Origin: an uncultured virus (IMG/VR IMGVR_UViG_3300042516_002158)
Lineage: Duplodnaviria > Heunggongvirae > Uroviricota > Caudoviricetes
IMG/VR virus record: IMGVR_UViG_3300042516_002158
Strand: one strand, 5' to 3'
DNA: 64,000 bases
In this document: in pieces, positions 26,384-36,672 of the stretch
Layout: each line of letters opens with the position of its first letter
How positions within the stretch are numbered: the first letter of the stretch is position 1
The notes under the pieces: generated by a model
What the model was told of the DNA's origin: nothing
The model's database searches: none
The model's input: the letters and a program-made list of their open reading frames with translations, nothing else
Translations under genes and position numbers: made by a program

Positions 26384-28999
26384 TTACATTACCTGTCTTC
26401 TATTGTTGATTGCCAATGCTGTATTTACTTTTTTACCATCCATATTCACTGCTACTTTTCCACTATTTAAATCTGCTCTTAATGCTTTTATTTCTGCTAA
26501 TAGTTCTGAGTTATTATTACCACCACCATTTTCACTACCGAATATTGCCGTTGCTGCACCTGCTGCTAATCCTACTGCTGCTAATACAGGAAGTGCCAAT
26601 GTTCCACTTACCGATAACGCTGCTAATGATATACTCAATGCCGTTATTGCCGCTGCTAATCCAAATATAGGTAATATCATAGAAACTAAAGGTGCTAAAT
26701 TAGTTGCTAACATAGGTAATGCCGCTGATAATATAGATACTCCTTCACTAAATAATTTTATACCACCACCTACCATATAAATTGCCGCACCAAATCCTAA
26801 TATTCCTAATGTAGCGATACCTAAACCTGCCGCTAATATTGGGTTTGCAAATATAGCGGATAATCCTACCATTGCTGCTCCTACAATTATTAATGCACCT
26901 GCCATTTTTAATAATGAAGAAGGTTCTACTAAATTAAATTGTTGTAATGCTGCTCCTAAAACATATAATGCTCCAGCCATTATTAATATTGCAGCTGCAC
27001 CTTTTAATAATCCAGTAGTATTTATTCCACCTAATGAATTTGTTGTACCTACTGCTTTGCCAGCTGTTGGTGTTGGAATTGGTTTTGAGGGTGGTGTAAT
27101 ATTATCTGCTACGGATGTAATTGCTGCCTTTTTTGCTCTTTCTTTGGCTGCTGTTTTAATTACTTTACCTTGTGGTGAATCTGCTCTATACATATCACCT
27201 GCCTTACTCATTACCATTTCAGGACCCATCAATCCCATTTTCATTGCAGCTGCTTTTCCTAACTGAACTATAAATGAACCCATTGCCTTTACACCATTCC
27301 ATATTCCCATAACCATATTTTTTAAAATATTATTTGGGCCCATAAGTGCCATATTTAATTGACCTGCAAACATTACAAATGCTGCCAAACCATTAAATAT
27401 TTTTCCACCTAATGAGTTACCTAATGCCTGTAATGTTTCTTCTATTCTACTATATATTTGTGCACCCACACCATTCATTCCATTTAAATCCTTTTGTTGT
27501 GATGCCATTTTTTGAAGTTCATTTACTGATACACCCAATGCATCTGCAACAGCTTGCCTTCTGATTGGGTCTAAACTCATAAATTCATCTATACCACCTG
27601 CCGCATTTAAAGCTTCTTTCATTGAACCTGCTATATCACCTTCATATGCCAATTGTCTAGCTTTTTGTAGGTTAAATTCTCTACCTAACAATACACTAGC
27701 TTCCATTTCTTTATCAACTGATGTTTGATAATCTAATAAATGATTTGCAATAGTTGATGCTGTTTTAAGGTTTACACCCAATTTACCTGCTGCTACCGCT
27801 GCTGTTCCAATATTTTTACCACTTTCATTTGTAAATTTTGCAACAAATTCACTACTATTAGCAATATCCTCAAATGCTCTAGTTGGCATTATACCATTAC
27901 TTAGTGCTAATTGTTTTGTAAATGCTAATGTATTTTTACCAACCTCATCACTATTTCCACTCACTTTACCAAATGCAGTTGCTATATATGCCGCCTGATC
28001 TCCGGTTAATTTATAGTTTGCTGCTAAAGTTGCTGCATCTAAATTTAATCCAAATGTTGTAGCTCTCGTATCACCTAATGCTGCCTGTAATTCTAATACT
28101 GCATCTTTTGAAGTTTCACCAAATATTTTACTAAATGTAAGTGCCTGAAGTTTTAACCCTATCATTTGAGTAACACCTACTCCAATTTCTTTTCCTAATT
28201 CTCCAAATTCATCTACGATTTTACCAATACCATATAATAAAGCAGCGGCTGCTACTCTACCATTACTTAACATTAATTCAATAGTTGTTGTTATTTTTTT
28301 GAATGCCTTATTTGTACCATCTAAATCATCAACTAATGTTCCATATAATTCTTTAAATTCTTTTGATTGTGCTGCAAATTTACCTGCCTCAACTCTCATA
28401 TTATTTAAAAAACCAGTAGCTTCATCAAATTTATTGGCCATCTCAGTTGTTAACATACCGGCATATGCAAGTTGTTCTTTTTCTTTTTCTATTGCTTTTA
28501 TACTATTATCAATTTCAAAATTCTTTTTAATAATTGCATCGGTATCTTCTTTACTCAATAATGCCATATCTGAAATTAATGATACACCTGTTTGTAATGA
28601 TTTGGATGCATTATTAAATGCATCTTGTCCAAACTGATGATTAATATCTTTTGCATATTCTGAAAATTTGTTTACAAACGATGTTGATGTTTTTAATTTT
28701 TTTGAAAAATCATCATATATTTTAGGCATTTCCTTTATTTTAGCAGATAAACTTTCAATTGATTCCAATCGTTGTTCTTCTAAAACATTTGTACTTTTTA
28801 CAATGCCTCTATTTGCAATTAAATCTTTTCGTAATGCAGCTAATTTTTTTTGTTTTTCTTCAATTATTTCTTTTTGGACAGTATCTTCTTTAGTTAGATT
28901 TTTTTCTAATTTGTAAATATCTTCTAACAGATTTTTAATTCTTTTTACCGCATCTTCGTTTGGTAAAAATCCAGATGTATTAGAGGTGCTTTTTGCCAT
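26384..28999 (-). CDS. Tape measure protein
   Basis: 871 aa, Ala/Gly/Leu-rich helical, hydrophobic C-terminal segments, VAVNMDGKKV end. Confidence 0.85.
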   Translation of the reverse strand: MAKSTSNTSGFLPNEDAVKRIKNLLEDIYKLEKNLTKEDTVQKEIIEEKQKKLAALRKDLIANRGIVKSTNVLEEQRLESIESLSAKIKEMPKIYDDFSKKLKTSTSFVNKFSEYAKDINHQFGQDAFNNASKSLQTGVSLISDMALLSKEDTDAIIKKNFEIDNSIKAIEKEKEQLAYAGMLTTEMANKFDEATGFLNNMRVEAGKFAAQSKEFKELYGTLVDDLDGTNKAFKKITTTIELMLSNGRVAAAALLYGIGKIVDEFGELGKEIGVGVTQMIGLKLQALTFSKIFGETSKDAVLELQAALGDTRATTFGLNLDAATLAANYKLTGDQAAYIATAFGKVSGNSDEVGKNTLAFTKQLALSNGIMPTRAFEDIANSSEFVAKFTNESGKNIGTAAVAAGKLGVNLKTASTIANHLLDYQTSVDKEMEASVLLGREFNLQKARQLAYEGDIAGSMKEALNAAGGIDEFMSLDPIRRQAVADALGVSVNELQKMASQQKDLNGMNGVGAQIYSRIEETLQALGNSLGGKIFNGLAAFVMFAGQLNMALMGPNNILKNMVMGIWNGVKAMGSFIVQLGKAAAMKMGLMGPEMVMSKAGDMYRADSPQGKVIKTAAKERAKKAAITSVADNITPPSKPIPTPTAGKAVGTTNSLGGINTTGLLKGAAAILIMAGALYVLGAALQQFNLVEPSSLLKMAGALIIVGAAMVGLSAIFANPILAAGLGIATLGILGFGAAIYMVGGGIKLFSEGVSILSAALPMLATNLAPLVSMILPIFGLAAAITALSISLAALSVSGTLALPVLAAVGLAAGAATAIFGSENGGGNNNSELLAEIKALRADLNSGKVAVNMDGKKVNTALAINNRRQVM

Positions 29000-29003
29000 T
29001 TAG

Positions 29004-29219
29004 TTATAATAAATGATATTTTCTTAATTTTTTATTAAGTTCCTCAGTTTCATTTGCTACCTTTTTCATACTAGCAAGTACTTCAGGATGAACATCTGCT
29101 TTTTTAACCTTAGATAAAAATGCATCAGTTGCACCTTTTTGTAAAGATTTGAAAAAATTATCAACTAATGAAGTTAAAATTCCTTCATTTAGTTTTTCGT
29201 ATTGTTTAGCCATATACAT
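29004..29219 (-). CDS. Hypothetical protein
   Basis: Short helical ORF; ATATTTATA motif upstream. Confidence 0.6.
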   Translation of the reverse strand: MYMAKQYEKLNEGILTSLVDNFFKSLQKGATDAFLSKVKKADVHPEVLASMKKVANETEELNKKLRKYHLL

Positions 29220-29259
29220 GATTTTATATAAATATCATATAAAACAAAAAGTTAGGAGT

Positions 29260-29467
29260 TTATCGTCTCCTAACTTTACTATTTGCTTTATTAATTTCTT
29301 CGTTTTCTTTTTTCTTTATCTCATATAATTGATTTGCGTACATCCTTCTAATATGAATCGGTAAACACCAAACATCAGAGAACGTAAATCCTCCACCACC
29401 TTGAAATACCAAAAAGAAAATTTCATCGTATAATTGTTTCTTATAATCAGTTGGAAGGGTAAAAAAA
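29260..29467 (-). CDS. gp51-like tail/baseplate assembly segment, probably reached by frameshift
   Basis: Overlaps end of the upstream ORF in +1 frame at a T7 run; YDEIFFL...DVWCLPIHIRRMY. Confidence 0.55.
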
Positions 29468-30268
29468 GTCGATTCCAAAAGGAATATCAAGTGCCTCCGT
29501 TTCACCCGTTATGTCTGATGTGAATTCAAATTTCATATCTAAATCCGGTGATATCTCTTTAATGTAACTTCTGAATGCTTTTACATCTTTTGCTAAGAAT
29601 TGGTTTGATACCCATCCGTTTACATATCCTCTATCAGAATTATCATTAACAGAAACAATCATATATTTCAATCTTGTTGTAACTTCTGATGATACTGCCT
29701 TTCCTTTCGTTAATCTTTCTAATGCTTTGATTTCATTATTAATATCTTTTTCATCTTTGTGAGTAAGTAACTTAAACACAATTTTAGTTCCTGATGGTAA
29801 TTCAAATGAATATCTATTTTCAGGACTTAGTAATGAAAAATCAATATCTTTAGTTTGAACAGCTGTTAAATCAATTGTAACTTTTTGTCTTTCACCACTA
29901 AAAGGATCTGTAATTTCAACATCATATCCAGGACCATATCCTAAAACTCTAGCAGCTAAGTATATTGCGTTTTTATCACCAACAACTAAATCATCCGAAT
30001 TTACACCTTGTTGAACTACAATTGATTCTAATAACTTATCTAATACAATCCCTTTATTAATAAGGTTTCTATCAGCTAAAATATCCTCTTCTTTTGCAGT
30101 TAAATATTTAATTTCAACTTTACCACTACTTAATGGGTTTGATTGTGGATATACCTTACCTTCTGATGGTAGAGATATTACCTGTGTTGGGAAATCAAAT
30201 CCTTTGTGTTGAATTTGTGGTGGTGTAGTTGGTGTTCCACCTCTTTGTATTTGTATGTTTTCTTCCAT
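29447..30268 (-). CDS. T4 gp26-like baseplate hub / tail assembly chaperone
   Basis: ISLPSEG, LTAKEEDIL, GD...AAR..GYG, ends PFGIDFFYP. Confidence 0.75.
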   Translation of the reverse strand: MEENIQIQRGGTPTTPPQIQHKGFDFPTQVISLPSEGKVYPQSNPLSSGKVEIKYLTAKEEDILADRNLINKGIVLDKLLESIVVQQGVNSDDLVVGDKNAIYLAARVLGYGPGYDVEITDPFSGERQKVTIDLTAVQTKDIDFSLLSPENRYSFELPSGTKIVFKLLTHKDEKDINNEIKALERLTKGKAVSSEVTTRLKYMIVSVNDNSDRGYVNGWVSNQFLAKDVKAFRSYIKEISPDLDMKFEFTSDITGETEALDIPFGIDFFYPSN

Positions 30269-30302
30269 AATAACTTCTTTGTTTTATATAACTATTTATT
30301 TT

Positions 30303-30704
30303 TTATTTTTTTGGTTTTAAATCATCATCTGTTTGTGTAGTTGTATAACTCCACGTACTACCACTAGGATACCCATAGGCAGTTGATGTTGTTCCAAATC
30401 CAAATGGTGGATTAGCTATTGTTATAGAACCACTCCCAGGTGTTGTTGTAATTGTTGTACCATTAGTATCTCCACAATAAATTTCATACGGTCTATATGG
30501 ATTTGTTGGAGCTGGTGTAATATGTGGTAATGTTTGTATTGGTGCAGTATTTGGAACTCCAAATGGAAATGATGATAATGTACTATCATCCTTTACTTCT
30601 GCTAATTTTTCTTTTAATAAATCCCATTGCTTTGGAGTGATATTAAATTCATGCACTCCTTCTGTAAATCCTTTTAACCAAATAACGAATTCTTTTGATG
30701 TCAT
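30303..30704 (-). CDS. Hypothetical protein with low-complexity Thr/Pro tail
   Basis: 133-aa ORF. Confidence 0.6.
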   Translation of the reverse strand: MTSKEFVIWLKGFTEGVHEFNITPKQWDLLKEKLAEVKDDSTLSSFPFGVPNTAPIQTLPHITPAPTNPYRPYEIYCGDTNGTTITTTPGSGSITIANPPFGFGTTSTAYGYPSGSTWSYTTTQTDDDLKPKK

Positions 30705-30740
30705 AACTTATATATTTGTATATATAAATATAATGAAAAT

Positions 30741-30772
30741 AAAAAAGGGAAACAAATAATGTCTCCCTTTTC
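30741..30772 (-). terminator. Intrinsic terminator after tube gene
   Basis: AAAAGGGAGAC/GTTTCCCTTTTTT hairpin. Confidence 0.7.
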
Positions 30773-30792
30773 TTTTTATATCTTTCTTTAGA

Positions 30793-31281
30793 TTAGAATT
30801 CTAAGATTGCGTAATCGTAAGTAATTGTTAATGTAATTTCTACCGGATCACTCGTATTCCAGTTAAAATCACCAAACTCTGCATTACTAATAAACGCACC
30901 TACTAATTTCCATTGTTCAACTTTATCACCCACAGGTCCTAAAGCGTAGAAATCAATATTCTTTTTATAGAAATCTGCGTATCCATCTCTACCAGTAATA
31001 GATTCATGTGATGTTCTAATCCACTCCATTACTGATTGTGCACCACTCGGTACAATTGGATCGTACATAGTGATTGTAATGTCAGTCCAATTAGATTTAC
31101 CCTTAATTTTTCTCTTTAAGTTGATATGATCTAATTCTACTACTTCACTTTCAATCTTTGGTCTGTTTGCCGATTTTACCATGAAAGATGGAATACCATC
31201 GATTTCCATAATAAAACGGTTTTGTAACTTAGGTTCAAAGTTTGTATAGAATATCTTATCAAATGATAATACGTCAGCCAT
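30793..31281 (-). CDS. Tail tube protein (gp19-like)
   Basis: Follows sheath; WTDITIT.YD, QWKLVGAF, LTITYDYA. Confidence 0.88.
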   Translation of the reverse strand: MADVLSFDKIFYTNFEPKLQNRFIMEIDGIPSFMVKSANRPKIESEVVELDHINLKRKIKGKSNWTDITITMYDPIVPSGAQSVMEWIRTSHESITGRDGYADFYKKNIDFYALGPVGDKVEQWKLVGAFISNAEFGDFNWNTSDPVEITLTITYDYAILEF

Positions 31282-31324
31282 TGTTTATTTCTCCTTTACT
31301 TATTATAAGTATATCTTTTTTTAA

Positions 31325-33580
31325 TTATGCGTTAAAACTTGCCCCAGTTGGTAAAACATTGAAATCAATTTGAATGAATTCTGCAGTTTTAGTTGGTTGT
31401 AAGAAGATAGCACCTTTTAATATGTTTCTATCAATTACATCTGGAGTGTTGTTTGTATCATCCATTACAACTCTGAAAGCGTATAAACCTTGTCTTTGTT
31501 GAATAGATTCTAAATAAGGGTTAACTGTGTTTAAGAAGCTATTTCTTGTATCAGTAGTATTTTGTTCAAATATTAAGAAACGAGATGTAGATGCGATAAA
31601 CTTCTTAACTGTGATTAACAATCTTCTTACGTTGATTCTATCTAATGCAGATGGTCTACTCTGTAAAGTTTTTTGTCCGAATGCACTAATACCTTGTCCA
31701 GGAAATTGTGCGATTGGATTTACTTTTGCTTCGTATAATTCATCTCTTTCAGCGTGTGTTAATCTATTTAATACAGCTGCTGCACCAATTACACCACCTC
31801 TATTCAAACCAGCTGGTGCGAACCACTCTGCTGCTGTTGCATCATTTGCTGCATAAACTCTAGGTAATAAAACTGAAGGTGGAACTGTAATTAATCTACC
31901 AGTATTAGTATCGATTGTTTTTAACCAAGGATAGTAAACTGCTGCATAGTTAGTATCTAATGATTCTGCAACTGCTGTTACATCACCAATTGATGCTTCT
32001 TGTCCTGCAGGATCCATAATATAAAAAGTATCTGCTCTATTTTCACAAATATCCATTGCGTATTGTGTTATCGCTGAGTGATTGTTATGATTAACACCCG
32101 GTAATACTAATAAGTTAATATCATACTCATCTGTGTTTGATAATGCATCTAAACATTTTTTGTATGCTATTGAACCACTTGCTGCAGAAGTTGATAAGTT
32201 AAATCCTTGAACATTTGTTGAACTAATATCTGCACCTTTATAAATTGGTGTTGCTGCACTCATACCATCAAATCCACCTTGAAATGCTACCGTAAATGTT
32301 CTATAAGAAATTTGAGCTGCACTTGCTAAAGATGTTAATGATAAACCAACTTGTGAATCTAAACCGAATGCAACATTTGCACCAGTCAAAGCACTTTCAG
32401 GTAATGGTTTTAAATAAATACTATTATCAGTATTTCCTTCTAAATCAATACCACTTGCATATACTGAAGAACTCAATGAAGCTGTTGTATAAGTAACTGC
32501 TGGAATTCTATTAGAAATTGTACTTGTTGTTGCAATTGGTAATGTATAAGCATCATGTCCGAATGGAACTGCTACAATTGGAGCTGCTCCATCAACTTCT
32601 ACTCTTACATATTTAGATTTATTTGCCCAATCACCTAATTGTGTTACCTTTCCATCAGATGCAATTGTTGTATAACTATCACCGATTACTCTACCAATAA
32701 AATTAGTTGATGATGGATCTAAATTTACATTATTAAATTGCTCTAAAATTGTTTTTCTTTTATCTGTATCGTTAAAATCTCTTACAACTACGGTGAATGT
32801 TCCGAAATCAGAACCATTGATATCACCAGCTGCTTTAACATTACTAATTGTAATTTTAAATCTTGTATTTTCTACATTACCATCAGCTAAAGTATGAAAC
32901 TTAACTAAATTAAATCTACTATCACCAATCAATTGAGATTGAATCCATGGTGTAGAAGCGTAAGTTGCATCATTTGTAAAGTCTTGATTTGCAATTACTG
33001 ATGCTGTTACAGTTGTATTTGCATCAAATGTAATACCATGATTCTTAAATAAACCATATACATATGCTTTTTTAGAACCGAATGGTGATGTTCCGAATAC
33101 ATCTTCTATATCCATATTATCCGCTGGATCAACTGATGCACTATATTGTCCGATAATTGAACCTGAAATGAAGAAATCACCACTAGTATTTGTTGTTAAT
33201 ACTGTTCCGGTAAATCCTGCATTAGAAGCACTACTTGCATTAAATACAATACCAATTGATGCAGATACTGCACCACTTGTTGCTGTTAATATAATAGGAG
33301 CTGTTTCAGTATAACCACCGATACCTGCTACTCTACAAATAGTTACTAAACCAGTCTCTCTTAAATAGTTTTGAGCGGTTAATTCTGTGTAATATGTACC
33401 ATCAGCTGCACCAAAGATGTCTTCTAACTCTGAAGGTGATGTGATGATTGTTGGTTTAAACGCTGGTCCTTGTTTGAAAGGTCCTACGATTGCTCCACCA
33501 ATAGCTCCAACTCCTTGTGCTATGAATGATAAATCGTTTTCTCTTGTAAACACACCAGGTGATACTAATTTTTCAGCCAT
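31325..33580 (-). CDS. Tail sheath protein (gp18-like)
   Basis: SPGVFTRE start, WFAPAG..RG, GQKT, DRINVRRL, NNTPDVID. Confidence 0.95.
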   Translation of the reverse strand: MAEKLVSPGVFTRENDLSFIAQGVGAIGGAIVGPFKQGPAFKPTIITSPSELEDIFGAADGTYYTELTAQNYLRETGLVTICRVAGIGGYTETAPIILTATSGAVSASIGIVFNASSASNAGFTGTVLTTNTSGDFFISGSIIGQYSASVDPADNMDIEDVFGTSPFGSKKAYVYGLFKNHGITFDANTTVTASVIANQDFTNDATYASTPWIQSQLIGDSRFNLVKFHTLADGNVENTRFKITISNVKAAGDINGSDFGTFTVVVRDFNDTDKRKTILEQFNNVNLDPSSTNFIGRVIGDSYTTIASDGKVTQLGDWANKSKYVRVEVDGAAPIVAVPFGHDAYTLPIATTSTISNRIPAVTYTTASLSSSVYASGIDLEGNTDNSIYLKPLPESALTGANVAFGLDSQVGLSLTSLASAAQISYRTFTVAFQGGFDGMSAATPIYKGADISSTNVQGFNLSTSAASGSIAYKKCLDALSNTDEYDINLLVLPGVNHNNHSAITQYAMDICENRADTFYIMDPAGQEASIGDVTAVAESLDTNYAAVYYPWLKTIDTNTGRLITVPPSVLLPRVYAANDATAAEWFAPAGLNRGGVIGAAAVLNRLTHAERDELYEAKVNPIAQFPGQGISAFGQKTLQSRPSALDRINVRRLLITVKKFIASTSRFLIFEQNTTDTRNSFLNTVNPYLESIQQRQGLYAFRVVMDDTNNTPDVIDRNILKGAIFLQPTKTAEFIQIDFNVLPTGASFNA

Positions 33581-33655
33581 TTTATTGTTTCTCCTTATAA
33601 ATTATGTTATAATATTCTAATATAAATATACAAACATTGTTGTAAAAATATATTA

Positions 33656-33904
33656 TTATTGTTCTTTAGGTGTAAATTCTCCAGTTGTTGTGTCTAGATT
33701 ACCATCACCGTATTCTTTTTGTAAATCAGCGAAAAATAGTTGTTCTTCTGAATTTAGTTTTTCTAATTCAACATACATACTTTCTTCTTCTAATTTTAAC
33801 TCTTTTTGTCTGATTTGATTTTGTCCTATAATAAACACTAGCTCATTATATTTCCCTCTCAATTCGTTCATTTTTTGTAACTGCTCATCTTTAATTTTTG
33901 CCAT
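33656..33904 (-). CDS. Small coiled-coil protein
   Basis: 82 aa; coiled coil ending YGDGNLDTTTGEF. Confidence 0.65.
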   Translation of the reverse strand: MAKIKDEQLQKMNELRGKYNELVFIIGQNQIRQKELKLEEESMYVELEKLNSEEQLFFADLQKEYGDGNLDTTTGEFTPKEQ

Positions 33905-33958
33905 AATCTTTATTTATTTGTTCTATATATAAATATATATTTTTTTACTCAAACGATA

Positions 33959-35644
33959 TTATAATCCGTATCTACCTTTTAAGTTATTCCAAATTACTCC
34001 AATTTCAGTTGCACTCAATGCTCTTTGATAGAAGAAGAATGAACCTAATTCACCAGTGTTACCATTCATTAATTCTATATCACCCGTTGAAGTGTTAGCG
34101 TGAGTAGCTTTAGCATCTGATGCCGTATATATCTCTACATTATTATTATATATTTTAGTTGTACCTGCTCCTGTTGTTACTGCATACATTCTCCAACCAC
34201 TAGTAGTTTGTGATCCTACATTTATAATTATATTTGCAGTTGTATGCCAGAAGGCTACTAAACCACCCTCGGTTGCGGTACCAAATAAAAAGTCTGGATC
34301 TCTTCTAAAAAAAGTACCAGCACTATTTTTTACAAATGCAATAATAGTATATCCATTTGCAGTTGTTGAGTTAAACAATGTATGATTAGTACCGGTTGGG
34401 TTTCCAGGTTGTTTAACACCTAATTTATTAGCTGCAAATGTTAATGATTTTGGAGTTGATGTATTAAATACAGGTGCTACCTTTGCGGGATTTGAATTAC
34501 CACCAAGTAGGTTAAAACCAGTTGTATTTCCACTTAAATCATTTAAATCTCTTTGACCTGATACGTTGTATGAATTTGCGAATTGTGGATCTAAATAACA
34601 TGTTAAATTTTGCCATGGGATTGGTGCACTTGCTGCTCCTTTATTATGTGAAACAAATCCGTTTGCTAAGAAAGTATGTGCTACATCTACGGTAATTGTT
34701 GCAATTTCTAAATTTCTATTATGGAATTCAACATTTATAACATCGATTTCTTCAATTAATCCAGTTAGATTATTATATTTAATTAATTTATCACCTTCTG
34801 CTACATCCTCTGCTCTTGTAAATTGGTATGTATTTGTAATTGCATCCCAAGCATAGAAAGGATGAGCGTGTGTTGTTTTAATTGCACCATCATTAATTGA
34901 TACATATTGATCAATAAATGAGAAATAGATATTACTAACTTGTGCATCTACTACTTCACCAGCACTAGCTGATGTATGATACCACCAATACCATTCACCC
35001 AAATCGTTTTCAGGTAACCATGATGGCATTCCTTCTGGTACAAATGTTTTAATACTATCACCAACATATAAATCACCAGCTTCAACTGATGTTCCATCTG
35101 CTAATAAAATTTGAGTATCAGTTGCAACACATAAAATATCGGAGTTAATAGAGTTATAACTATCTACTCTATATATCTGTTTTTCTGCTCTATTTTCAAA
35201 CCCATAGTTTCCAGTTGAACCTGAGTTGTAACCATCTTCAAAATATACACTTAATCGGTTTCCATTAGCACTACCTGTGTAAGATGGTGAATTTGCCAAA
35301 TTCAATGCATTAATAGCAGTTGTTTGACCACGTGTACCAACCTCAAAATCATATTGTGTCATATTAAAATCTAGCAAAAACTGATAGTTATTACCTTGTG
35401 TTCTAACTCTATTGTTAAATGCTAAACCTGCTCCTGTAAATGCAAATGTTACATTTTCGGATGTGTTTTCTACAATATATGTAAATGGTAGTGTTGCCGT
35501 TACACCATCTATTGAGAATGAACTCATAGATACCGGCGTACCCGCCATTCCATTTGCCGCGTTTAATGATGATGATTGTGAAGTTCTACCGGTTCCACTC
35601 CACGATCTGTATAAGTTACTTAAACTTAAATTTGATTTTGGCAT
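33959..35644 (-). CDS. Virion protein with internal Hint domain and C-terminal LamG-like domain
   Basis: CVATDTQILLADG ... TTHAHPF ... HTFLANGFVSHN-K; then YLDP...DLSGN...YQRALSATEI. Confidence 0.8.
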   Translation of the reverse strand: MPKSNLSLSNLYRSWSGTGRTSQSSSLNAANGMAGTPVSMSSFSIDGVTATLPFTYIVENTSENVTFAFTGAGLAFNNRVRTQGNNYQFLLDFNMTQYDFEVGTRGQTTAINALNLANSPSYTGSANGNRLSVYFEDGYNSGSTGNYGFENRAEKQIYRVDSYNSINSDILCVATDTQILLADGTSVEAGDLYVGDSIKTFVPEGMPSWLPENDLGEWYWWYHTSASAGEVVDAQVSNIYFSFIDQYVSINDGAIKTTHAHPFYAWDAITNTYQFTRAEDVAEGDKLIKYNNLTGLIEEIDVINVEFHNRNLEIATITVDVAHTFLANGFVSHNKGAASAPIPWQNLTCYLDPQFANSYNVSGQRDLNDLSGNTTGFNLLGGNSNPAKVAPVFNTSTPKSLTFAANKLGVKQPGNPTGTNHTLFNSTTANGYTIIAFVKNSAGTFFRRDPDFLFGTATEGGLVAFWHTTANIIINVGSQTTSGWRMYAVTTGAGTTKIYNNNVEIYTASDAKATHANTSTGDIELMNGNTGELGSFFFYQRALSATEIGVIWNNLKGRYGL

Positions 35645-35665
35645 ATTATTTCCTTTTTATTTTCT

Positions 35666-36670
35666 TTAACTATTATAAATATCTAATAAACTATTAACCC
35701 ATTTATCTTTATTTGAATACTCTAACATTTTTTCTTTTAATTTATTGAACCAATGTTTTTTATATTCGTAATCACTATTTTTAATCCACTGCACCGTTCC
35801 TTCAAACTCTGTTTTACTTTCTGCTCTAAATGGATAACTAAAATCTTTTAACCAATCTTTACTCAATATAGGTAGTTTTCCATAATCAACCGCTTGAAAT
35901 ATTGAATATCCAAATGGTTCATAATTAAAACAACTATGTGAAATCCCCCATTCTAAACGATAAAACCAATCTAATTTACTATAATCAAACATATATCGTT
36001 TAGCTCTTTTGAAATTCACCCCATATCCCTTCTCCCATATATTATTTAAAACTTTTAATGTTGTAAATAAATAACAATCTATGTTTTCTAAATACCACAC
36101 TCTCTTTCTTGTTTCCGTTCTAGATGCAAAACCTACCTTTGTACTATCATTTAATTCTAAATTATGTTGAAAATCATAATAATTTGGAATATCTATGAAC
36201 TCATATTTTGCGTGAGTAGGAGTTTGAAATAATCCAATCCATATTCTCTTTTTAGCTTTTTCTATAATATTCAGTTCCCATTCCGGATCTGTACCATAGT
36301 GTTGCATACCAGGTGCATCTGAAAATAAGCCAGCTTTGAGAGACATATCTATTGAATTATGCATTACATAACTCTCTATCTTGTCCAAATTGTTTAGGAT
36401 TGCTGAGTTAGGGTAATAGTGTCCGTGTAGTATGTGTATTCGCCGAGCACTATTTATAAGTTCATCGAACTTATCTTTATCATCCACTTGCCAATAAATT
36501 TCAAGGGGGAACTTGTCCCCCTCAAAATCATCTGGTCTTTTTCTATGTATAAGTAGGATAGGTTTTACTTTTAAATGAGGAACAACATATTCTACAAAAT
36601 TGTTCACCCAAACATCACTACCAGCACCTACTTTATTTCCGAAACCTGTTGTATAATATACATCATACAT
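35666..36670 (-). CDS. GT-B fold glycosyltransferase
   Basis: GAGSDVWV N-terminus, GFASR..TRK, EPFGYSIFQAVDYGKLPI. Confidence 0.7.
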   Translation of the reverse strand: MYDVYYTTGFGNKVGAGSDVWVNNFVEYVVPHLKVKPILLIHRKRPDDFEGDKFPLEIYWQVDDKDKFDELINSARRIHILHGHYYPNSAILNNLDKIESYVMHNSIDMSLKAGLFSDAPGMQHYGTDPEWELNIIEKAKKRIWIGLFQTPTHAKYEFIDIPNYYDFQHNLELNDSTKVGFASRTETRKRVWYLENIDCYLFTTLKVLNNIWEKGYGVNFKRAKRYMFDYSKLDWFYRLEWGISHSCFNYEPFGYSIFQAVDYGKLPILSKDWLKDFSYPFRAESKTEFEGTVQWIKNSDYEYKKHWFNKLKEKMLEYSNKDKWVNSLLDIYNS

Positions 36671-36672
36671 TC

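Noticed and set aside
34643..35131. Canonical mobile intein
   Set aside because: The +1 residue is Lys and there is no homing endonuclease; better treated as a Hint autoprocessing domain.
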